Of a stretch of DNA of 64,000 nt, positions 38,246 through 45,640 are shown piece by piece. The position numbers and the translations under genes were made by a program. The DNA lies in NCBI GenBank assembly GCA_963701745.1, contig CAVPBE010000001.1, positions 662,183 to 726,182 of the forward strand. Reading direction: 5' to 3'. Below the pieces are notes generated by a model. That model was not told the origin of the DNA and searched no databases. It saw only the letters and a program-made list of their open reading frames with translations. The stretch is from an uncultured Bacteroidales bacterium (lineage in GTDB: Bacteria > Bacteroidota > Bacteroidia > Bacteroidales > VadinHA17). Each line of letters opens with the position of its first letter. Positions within the stretch are counted from its first letter, which is position 1.

Positions 38246-40675
38246 ATGAAAATCCAGTTTTCATTACTGCTTATTGTTTTTATTTCTCGTTTTATTGCTT
38301 TTCCGGAATGCTTGAATGGTCAAACCCTGAAAGGAAGAGTGACTGACTTAAATGGGGATCCGCTCGCAGGAGCAAGCGTTGCAATTGCAGGTACATATAA
38401 TGGTGTACAGACAGGTGCCGACGGAGGGTACGGATTGAGCGGGCTGAAGCCGGGTTACTACACAATCCGGTTTTCATACATTGGCTATGAGACAGTGATT
38501 AAAGACCTGGAAATATTGAGAGATACTCTTTTTGATGCTAAGCTCAGACCGATTGCCATAATTACCGATGACGTTATAATCAGTGCAACCCGTGCAGGTG
38601 AACAGGCTCCGCTTGCCTATACAAATATATCCGGTGATATTCTTGAGAAACGTAATTCAGGACAGGATCTGCCTTATCTTCTTGGTCTTACTCCTTCATT
38701 TATTGAAACATCCGAAGCCGGGAACGGAATAGGATATACAAGTATGAGGATCAGGGGAACTGACGCGAGCAGGATCAATGTAACTATCGACGGAATTCCC
38801 CTTAATGACCCTGAATCGCAGCAGGTTTTCTGGGTTGACCTTCCTGATCTAGCTTCATCAGTTGACAATATCCAGGTTCAGCGCGGTGTCGGCACCTCTT
38901 CAAATGGAGCAGGAGCATTCGGAGCCTCAATTAACATTCAGACCCGGGGTATTGAAAATGAGCCATTTGCCGAGATAAATTCATCAGTGGGTTCATTTGG
39001 CACCTTTAAAAATAATATCACAGCCGGAACCGGACTTCTGAAGAACAGTTTCGCATTTCAGATGCGCTATTCTGATCTGCGAAGCAACGGGTACATTGAA
39101 CGGACCGGATCAGAGCACAATTCAACTTTTATGAGCGCTCTTTACAGGACTGGGAAATCGATTATAAAAGCAAACATAATTCTGGGGAAAGAACATACCG
39201 GAATAGGTTGGTGGGGAGTCCCGAAAGATATGCTGCCTGTAAACCGGAGATACAATCCGGCAGGGGAATACACCGATGGGAATGGTGTGCTCCGGTACTA
39301 CGACAATGAGAGTGATAATTATACCCAGAATCATTACCAGCTTATTTACAGCTTTAAATTACCAGGGAATATGTCTCTTCATACAGCTCTCCATTACACA
39401 AAAGGAAAAGGCTATTATGAGGAATTTAAAGAAGACGATCCATTTGCAAATTATGGATTGCAATCCGTAACAATTGGTGGAACAACTTTCAGTGAAACTG
39501 ACCTAGTACGGCGAAAATGGATGTCGAACAATTTCTATGGGTTGGTCTGGTCACTGAATTACAGGAATGAAAAGATTGATGCCAGTTTCGGAGGAGGAAT
39601 GAACCTTTATTCAGGAGATCATTTCGGACGGATAATCTGGATGAGAAATCCCGGTGCAGTGGAAAGAGATCATCAATGGTACTTCAATAAGGGTGAGAAA
39701 GGTGAAGCAGGCATCTACGGAAAAGTAACCTGGTCAGTATCCCGTACACTATCTGTTTTCGGAGATATGCAGTACAGGCATATTAAATACAGTCTCGAAG
39801 GAATTGATGATGATCTGAAGAATATCGGACAGATCCACAGATTCGGTTTCTTAAATCCAAAAGCCGGCCTGTTTCTTACAATTGCTCCAAATCAGGAAGC
39901 TTATCTCTCATTCTCAATAGCAAACAGGGAACCAACTCGCACCGACTTCAAGGAAGCATCAGGCGACAATAAGGCAACACCCCGGTCAGAAAGACTGTTC
40001 GATACAGAAATTGGATATAAACTCAGATTTGCAAAAAGTTCTTTAGCTCTTAACCTGTATGGCATGTTCTATAAAGATCAGCTTGTTCCAACTGGCGAGC
40101 TGAGCAATGTAGGTTATCCCATAATGACAAATGTTGAAAAAAGCTTCAGGACGGGAGCAGAAATTACCGCAGGATTTATTCCGGCTGATTTTATTTCATG
40201 GGATTTCAGCCTTACCTTCAGCAGGAACAAGATACTTGACTTTACTGAGCATTACATTGATTATAATACAAGTGACTGGTCGGCAGAGTATAAAAGCAGG
40301 AGGCTTGGCACTGTGGATATTGCATATTCACCATCGGTAATCGCAGGGAGTGATCTGTCAATAAAATTAATCCCTGAAATAAGGCTTCATTTTATAAGTA
40401 AATTTGTGGGCAAACAATATTTTGATAATACTATGGACGTGGAAAGGATGCTCGATCGTTACTTTTTCAATAACGTAGTGATAGATATTGAGCCGCAAAA
40501 AAAGCCTCTCAAAGGTGCAACTCTTCAGTTTCTTGTTAATAATATTTTCAATACAAAATACGAGAATAATGCCTACGGCGGCAACTGGTTTGAAGACGGG
40601 ACAGAAAAAAGCTGGTCATATTATTTTCCCCAGGCCGGCATCAATTTTATTCTTAAGCTTGGATTGAATTTCTGA
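38246..40675 (+). CDS. TonB-dependent receptor, riboswitch-controlled (thiamine-type outer-membrane transporter candidate)
   Basis: 809 aa. Signal peptide, carboxypeptidase-regulatory-like domain (LKGRVTDLNGDPLAGASV), plug (IRGTDASRINVTIDGIPLND) and a beta-barrel ending in aromatic residues (LGLNF). Confidence 0.85.
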   Translation: MKIQFSLLLIVFISRFIAFPECLNGQTLKGRVTDLNGDPLAGASVAIAGTYNGVQTGADGGYGLSGLKPGYYTIRFSYIGYETVIKDLEILRDTLFDAKLRPIAIITDDVIISATRAGEQAPLAYTNISGDILEKRNSGQDLPYLLGLTPSFIETSEAGNGIGYTSMRIRGTDASRINVTIDGIPLNDPESQQVFWVDLPDLASSVDNIQVQRGVGTSSNGAGAFGASINIQTRGIENEPFAEINSSVGSFGTFKNNITAGTGLLKNSFAFQMRYSDLRSNGYIERTGSEHNSTFMSALYRTGKSIIKANIILGKEHTGIGWWGVPKDMLPVNRRYNPAGEYTDGNGVLRYYDNESDNYTQNHYQLIYSFKLPGNMSLHTALHYTKGKGYYEEFKEDDPFANYGLQSVTIGGTTFSETDLVRRKWMSNNFYGLVWSLNYRNEKIDASFGGGMNLYSGDHFGRIIWMRNPGAVERDHQWYFNKGEKGEAGIYGKVTWSVSRTLSVFGDMQYRHIKYSLEGIDDDLKNIGQIHRFGFLNPKAGLFLTIAPNQEAYLSFSIANREPTRTDFKEASGDNKATPRSERLFDTEIGYKLRFAKSSLALNLYGMFYKDQLVPTGELSNVGYPIMTNVEKSFRTGAEITAGFIPADFISWDFSLTFSRNKILDFTEHYIDYNTSDWSAEYKSRRLGTVDIAYSPSVIAGSDLSIKLIPEIRLHFISKFVGKQYFDNTMDVERMLDRYFFNNVVIDIEPQKKPLKGATLQFLVNNIFNTKYENNAYGGNWFEDGTEKSWSYYFPQAGINFILKLGLNF

Positions 40676-40679
40676 CAGG

Positions 40680-41390
40680 ATGACAATATCTGATTGGTTA
40701 TCAAATAACTGGATTGAAATATTTGGTGCCTTAACCGGCATAATCTATGTTTTCCTCGAAATCAGGCAGAATATATGGCTATGGCCGGTAGGGATAATAA
40801 CATCTGCTGTTTACATAATCGTTTTCTTTACAAGCAAATTCTACGCTGATATGAGCCTGCAGGGGTATTACCTGGTAATAAGCTTTGCAGGGTGGTACTG
40901 GTGGGTCAAAGGCGGCAAACGGCAGGCGGCAGGCGGCGGGCGGAAAGAAATTGAGAAAGCTGAAGTCTCATGGCTCCCCTCCCAGGAGAGCCTGCCCCGC
41001 CTCGGCGGGGGGCTGGGGGTGGGTAATGAAGAGACTGAGAGACTCAGGGACGAAGAGACTAAGAGACTGATTGTTACAAGATTAGAACTAAAGACCGCTC
41101 TGATTCTGGCAGCAGTATTTGTACTATTGTATTTTATACTGTGGTTTGGACTGTCTCAACTGACCGATTCCCCGGTTCCCGAATGGGATTCATTTATAAC
41201 CTCCCTTTCGATCATAGCTACATGGATGCTTGCGAGAAAGATCTATGAGCACTGGTTTTTATGGATAGTTGTTAATTCCGCATCTGTAATACTGTTTTTA
41301 ACAAGAGGCCTTTATCCGACATTAATCCTGTATATGGTTTATCTATTAATGTCGTTTGTTGGACTTAAAGTATGGAAGCGATCCTTATAA
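40680..41390 (+). CDS. PnuC-family transporter (PnuT-like thiamine/nicotinamide-riboside type) with an in-frame G/C-rich insertion
   Basis: PnuC N-terminal pattern WIEIFGALTGIIYVFLEIRQNIWLWPVGIITSAVY...LQGYYLVISFAGWYWW and C-terminal TMs. It starts 4 nt after the receptor gene. Confidence 0.8.
   Translation: MTISDWLSNNWIEIFGALTGIIYVFLEIRQNIWLWPVGIITSAVYIIVFFTSKFYADMSLQGYYLVISFAGWYWWVKGGKRQAAGGGRKEIEKAEVSWLPSQESLPRLGGGLGVGNEETERLRDEETKRLIVTRLELKTALILAAVFVLLYFILWFGLSQLTDSPVPEWDSFITSLSIIATWMLARKIYEHWFLWIVVNSASVILFLTRGLYPTLILYMVYLLMSFVGLKVWKRSL
40911..41070. repeat. G/C-rich repeat element embedded in-frame in the pnuC-like gene
   Basis: A ggcgg/ggcagg simple repeat (40911-40943), the degenerate palindrome cccctcccaggagag, the perfect palindrome ccccgcc-tc-ggcgggg (40995-41010), the box gggggctgggggtgggta (41008-41025) and gagact repeats (41028-41068). 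Confidence 0.7.
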
Positions 41391-42335
41391 AGTGTAGCAT
41401 GTACACTTTATCGGACTGATAAACTTCTGACCCAGATTCATGTCAGTCAGCCGTTTGGTTCGTGCATCCAGGCACCTGTCGCATTTTGAGAAAAGTTTCA
41501 GGTCCCAGACGTCTGCAAAGACACGCCCTGACTGCTGTTCTATTCCATACTCCAGTACCAATTCAAGGGAACGGATATCAGGCATTGCAAAGATGCCTTT
41601 TTCCATCAGCTGATCCATTGCCCCGTTTCCAGCGCGTACAGGAATTATAACACAGCATTCCACGCCTGCATTGAAAGCAAAATCGAGAGAACGTTCCGCC
41701 CAGAATACGCCTTCGGATTCAGAAAGAAAAGGTGGACGAAGAAGAATAAATGCTCTTGTAAATATATCGTGCTTCATGAGAAATTCTACTGACCTGGCAA
41801 AATCCCCGAGCACCATCCTTTTATTCAGTTTCTTCAGTATTTCAGTATTGACAGTCTCCAGTCCGATAGCGATCTGAAGATCGGATTTTATCATGTCCCT
41901 GAACCTCAGGCAATCTTCATTTATGAATACAGGATGACTTTCAACTATAACTGTTTCGTAATTGCTTAAAAGCGAAGCAATTTTCTGGTAGTCTTTTTCA
42001 GGGATCGCTTTTTTATCAAAGAAACTGCCGCTGTTGTATAGCTTTAGATGCTTTGCTTCCGGCATATTATTAAGTGCCCATTCAATCTGGGCAGGGATGA
42101 CTCCCTCTGGAACTGATTTATCTGTAGTGTTCTTCCAAAGGTCGCACATCAGGCAATGAAAAGGGCATTCCCTGTTCGTCAGAAAAATGGTTGCAACATC
42201 TTCGATAGTTCCTGAAGAAGTCCTTTCTTTTTCAACTACCCATGCATAGGGTTTCTGTGGATCGACGCTATTTTTATTACCACGGCAGGAAACAATCCAT
42301 TTATCGGTTACCTCAAGGCCGTTAAATTCATTCAT
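41385..42335 (-). CDS. Radical SAM enzyme, unassigned subfamily
   Basis: The CPFHCLMC (CxxxCxxC) motif is at 42144-42167, with a Cys-rich C-terminus (CDRC...CTC). The likely start is MNEFNGLEV at 42335, giving an 8-nt overlap with the upstream gene; the track start at 42416 is an extension. Confidence 0.75.
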   Translation of the reverse strand: MNEFNGLEVTDKWIVSCRGNKNSVDPQKPYAWVVEKERTSSGTIEDVATIFLTNRECPFHCLMCDLWKNTTDKSVPEGVIPAQIEWALNNMPEAKHLKLYNSGSFFDKKAIPEKDYQKIASLLSNYETVIVESHPVFINEDCLRFRDMIKSDLQIAIGLETVNTEILKKLNKRMVLGDFARSVEFLMKHDIFTRAFILLRPPFLSESEGVFWAERSLDFAFNAGVECCVIIPVRAGNGAMDQLMEKGIFAMPDIRSLELVLEYGIEQQSGRVFADVWDLKLFSKCDRCLDARTKRLTDMNLGQKFISPIKCTCYTL

Positions 42336-43656
42336 AGCTCGAAAGAAACTCTTTCCGGTAAGCTGTTTCCTTTTCAGGGAAATGATTCCTGAAGGAATCT
42401 GCCGATGCTGCCCCATGTTGAAAACGTCTTTTGGGGAATACTGGCATGGTCATGCCTGTAACTGCTTTGACACCATCGGAAACAATCTGTCCCTTAAGAT
42501 TATAAAGTTTTTTATGATCCCAGTTTGTAATATCAATGAATGGAATACCTTCTGAGACTTCAATCACATTTGGCAATGTATATGGGCTGAAAGATTCAAA
42601 ACCAAGACTTTCGCCTGTGGTATATGTCCTCATAAATCCCCTGCTCAGTCCTCCTGAGTAAGTAAGTGAGTGTTTTATTGAATCGACTCCCCATCCTTCA
42701 TGGTAAAGCATCAGGTTGTTAAGTACACTCTTGATCGTAAGTTCAGGATTCTCTTCGATAGGATAATCCTTCAGATTTTCGTTGCCTCCATCACCATCTA
42801 TCATGTATTTCCAATCAGGATAGCGTGATCTGATGCCCTGCAAAAGTGCCAGGTTCATTGTAGCTGACTGTATATCAAGAGGTTTGTAATCTTCAACCAC
42901 CCTTACGGTTTTCTTCCAATCGAGAGTTGAATAATCAGCTTCAATTACTTCAATGAAAAATCCCAGATCAAGATCATCGAGGAATTTTTTTGCCTGAGCC
43001 AGGTCTTCACCACCTCCGTCAATGCTAAGTGTAAAAGCCTTAAGCCGTGAAGGACTCTGGCCAAGTTCCATGAGAGCCTTGTATACAAGCAGGAAAAGAG
43101 CACCACTGTCAACTCCTGCTGAAAAAGTTATACCTACTGGTCCGGTTATTGCCCGGTAGAGCAACCATTTCTTTATCTCTTCAAACAGGGTTCTAATATA
43201 AAGTTCACCTGTTTCGGAAATATCTGATGAAGAGTATTTATTCCTTTCAGGTTTAAAGAACCTTTCATAGACCGGATTTGGATCGGGACAACCGAGAAGT
43301 TCTATTTTTGTTATATAGTGTGCCGGGACCATCCTTGTGTATGAAGGATGGAACTGATGGTCGAGGCCCTCTTTTTTAAGATAATCAAAGATGGTGTCAA
43401 TCCGTTCAGCAACAACAAGCTCAGGTCCGCCCGGCCTTTTTGCAATGAAATACCGGATAGGTCGGCCGATTGATCTTGCCATCCTTATTGTTCTGCCATC
43501 AACAGAGACAAGTGAAAACTGGCCATCTATTTTCCTGACAGCTTCCACATTCCCCGATCGGACAGCTTCAACAGCTTCCTCATGGGTCATATTATAAATA
43601 GTATTCTTTTGCGGATTAGTGAGATCCACCATTTTGCTTATGTATTGATTGTTCAT
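42328..43656 (-). CDS. Asparagine-synthetase-like PP-loop ATPase lacking the N-terminal glutaminase cysteine
   Basis: 442 aa. A PP-loop variant ITFSAGVDSGALF and an AsnB/beta-lactam-synthetase-like degenerate N-domain (DGQFSLVSVDG...ARSIGRPIRYF). It begins MNNQY, with no Cys2 nucleophile. Confidence 0.7.
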   Translation of the reverse strand: MNNQYISKMVDLTNPQKNTIYNMTHEEAVEAVRSGNVEAVRKIDGQFSLVSVDGRTIRMARSIGRPIRYFIAKRPGGPELVVAERIDTIFDYLKKEGLDHQFHPSYTRMVPAHYITKIELLGCPDPNPVYERFFKPERNKYSSSDISETGELYIRTLFEEIKKWLLYRAITGPVGITFSAGVDSGALFLLVYKALMELGQSPSRLKAFTLSIDGGGEDLAQAKKFLDDLDLGFFIEVIEADYSTLDWKKTVRVVEDYKPLDIQSATMNLALLQGIRSRYPDWKYMIDGDGGNENLKDYPIEENPELTIKSVLNNLMLYHEGWGVDSIKHSLTYSGGLSRGFMRTYTTGESLGFESFSPYTLPNVIEVSEGIPFIDITNWDHKKLYNLKGQIVSDGVKAVTGMTMPVFPKRRFQHGAASADSFRNHFPEKETAYRKEFLSSYE

Positions 43657-43715
43657 ATTATATCAAGTTATTAGGTAGGAATTGTTAGTCCTTTTTGTAC
43701 TTTTATCTGTACTCT

Positions 43716-43830
43716 AAATCCCCTACATTCTTCCGCCGTAGCGGTTACGCGAAGCCCAAGAAGGGGACTTAATGATTTATCAATATATTACTTAAACCCC
43801 CTTTGGGGGAAGGTTGGGCAAAGGGGTATA
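43716..43830. repeat. G/C-rich element: long hairpin plus short hairpin plus GGTTGGG..GGGGTAT box
   Basis: aaatcccct (43716-43724) pairs with aggggactt (43762-43770). This is followed by ccccc-ttt-ggggg (43797-43809) and the box aaggttgggcaaaggggtata (43810-43830). Confidence 0.75.
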
Positions 43831-43855
43831 GGAAGATTTATTAAAAGGACTAGAT

Positions 43856-45640
43856 CTATCCAAAGAACTTTAAGTTTTTAGATATAATCCCTTTCCCCTC
43901 CAATATTGTAATATATCTGTCTGCAGCTACATTTCTGTAAACCTCTTTTTTCCCACCCGTCCAGAAGATTTCAAGTGTATCAATTGTCTTTGAGCTGCCA
44001 AGGCCAATATGTACCCTGGGATCATTATTGCTCAGGTAGCTTGTTGCCCATTGATTGACAAGTACCTGCCTATTTCCGCCGGCTGTTGCGACAACTTTAG
44101 CGGCTATTGCTGAAGCCGGGCCCTTACTGCCTTTCAGCGTTATCCCGACCCAGTGATTCGCATTGCCCCCGGCATTTCTCAGTAACGCAGCTGTAGCTTT
44201 CAGGTCAACATGAGAAATTATGATATCCATATCCCCGTCATTGTCAAAATCCCATACAGCAAGACCTCTTCCCGAACGTTTTACCTTGAAATATTCTCCA
44301 TACTCCTTTCCAGTGTCTTTGAAATGTCCTTTGCCGTCATTTTCAAGCAGCAATGGATATTGAAGTACAAGTTCCTCAGCTGTTCCGTTTGCAGAAACAA
44401 TATCCAGATCCCCATCATTATCAAAATCGAGAAAAGCTGCAGACCAGGCACCTTTCCCGGCCAGGGGACCCTGAACGCCGCTTATTTCGGTAATATCTTC
44501 GAAGAAACCGTTGCCCTTATTGCGGTAAAGTGCTCCATAATCCAGATCAACCACCAGAATATCAATAAGCCCGTCCCCATCCACATCACCAATTGACCCA
44601 TGCATTGAACCGCTTCCTATACCATTGCTGTTCGCAGCTACACCAATCTCAACACCAACCTCCTTATAGACACCGTTATCATTTCTGAACATGAAGTTAA
44701 GCTGATGATCGTTAGCCTGGAAAATATCAATATCTCCATCATCATCATAATCATATACTGTTAGCCCCATGCATTTTGAATCGGGATAAAACAGGTTGTT
44801 CTTTTGGGTAACATCAACAAACTTCCCATCAGGTCCTTGCTCATATAGCATTGAAGCCTGGCCTTTATATTCAGACGGCTGTGGCATTAAGTTTGGGGTT
44901 GCAGGTGTAAAATAGCCAGGATCGAAGGCAAGGAAATTGCCGACCATTGCATCGAGCCTCCCATCGTGGTTTTGATCCCAGAATGAGACGCCAATGCTCC
45001 ATTTTACAAATCCGTTTAATTTTTCCGGACCCCTGAGACCTGTATAATTTGTTAAGTCAGTAAATGTGCCGTTACCATTGTTCCTGTAAAAAACATTCGG
45101 ACCATAATTAAGCAGGTAGAGATCCTGGTCCCCGTCATTATCATAATCTATTGCACCAGCAGCCATGCTCCAGTTAGTATCATTAATACCTGCCTTCTCT
45201 GAAACCTCTGTAAATGTACCGTTGCCATTGTTTTTATAGAGCCTGTCAGGAGTATTAATGAATTTCTTTCCCCCGGGATCAGATATGCCTTCAATATATG
45301 TTCCGTTCATCATGAACAGATCCATCAGGTTGTCGTTGTTGTAATCAAATATTGTTATTCCTGATCCGCTGCTTTCAAGAATATTCCTGTAGGAAAGATC
45401 GCCGAATGTGTATTTGAAATCAATGCCGGCTTGTTTTGTTACATCTGTAAATAGTATACTTTTTTTCTGAGCCGTTAATTGAAAAGAAAAGCACATTATG
45501 AAAAGGTATAAAAGAAAATTTCTAGTCTTTTTGAATATATGACCACCTTTCTTATTTCCCCCAGGGGGGAAAAGATAAAATTCCTTCCCCCTTGGGGAAA
45601 GGTTGGGAAGATGGTATTTAAAATTAATAATACCAGTCAT
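43856..45640 (-). CDS. CRTAC1-like FG-GAP/VCBS repeat protein with C-terminal ASPIC/UnbV domain
   Basis: Repeated YDNDGDxDLY/FxxNxGNGTFxDVT units and a C-terminal HWVGITLKG...LSNNDPRVHIGLG...LEIFWTGG region. The first ~35 codons are a translated repeat element, so the true start is uncertain. Confidence 0.8.
   Translation of the reverse strand: MTGIINFKYHLPNLSPRGKEFYLFPPGGNKKGGHIFKKTRNFLLYLFIMCFSFQLTAQKKSILFTDVTKQAGIDFKYTFGDLSYRNILESSGSGITIFDYNNDNLMDLFMMNGTYIEGISDPGGKKFINTPDRLYKNNGNGTFTEVSEKAGINDTNWSMAAGAIDYDNDGDQDLYLLNYGPNVFYRNNGNGTFTDLTNYTGLRGPEKLNGFVKWSIGVSFWDQNHDGRLDAMVGNFLAFDPGYFTPATPNLMPQPSEYKGQASMLYEQGPDGKFVDVTQKNNLFYPDSKCMGLTVYDYDDDGDIDIFQANDHQLNFMFRNDNGVYKEVGVEIGVAANSNGIGSGSMHGSIGDVDGDGLIDILVVDLDYGALYRNKGNGFFEDITEISGVQGPLAGKGAWSAAFLDFDNDGDLDIVSANGTAEELVLQYPLLLENDGKGHFKDTGKEYGEYFKVKRSGRGLAVWDFDNDGDMDIIISHVDLKATAALLRNAGGNANHWVGITLKGSKGPASAIAAKVVATAGGNRQVLVNQWATSYLSNNDPRVHIGLGSSKTIDTLEIFWTGGKKEVYRNVAADRYITILEGKGIISKNLKFFG
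45555..45617. repeat. G/C-rich element: two hairpins plus GGTTGGG..GGTAT box
   Basis: tttccccc-ag-gggggaaa (45555-45572), ccttccccc-tt-ggggaaagg (45583-45602) and the box ggttgggaagatggtat (45601-45617). It is highly similar by eye to the copy at 50705-50769. Confidence 0.8.

Noticed and set aside
40885-41070. A 61-aa alternate-frame ORF (MQGGTGGSKAANGRRQAAGG...) inside the pnuC-like gene.
   Set aside because: It is generated by the G/C-rich repeat insertion, which has few stop codons in any frame. There is no independent support.
41385-43656. A lasso-peptide or other RiPP cluster built on the AsnB-like and radical SAM genes.
   Set aside because: I found no small precursor ORF in the 199-nt upstream spacer on the coding strand. 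There is also no transglutaminase-like protease or RRE protein and no exporter. A small-molecule role remains possible, but the RiPP call is unsupported.
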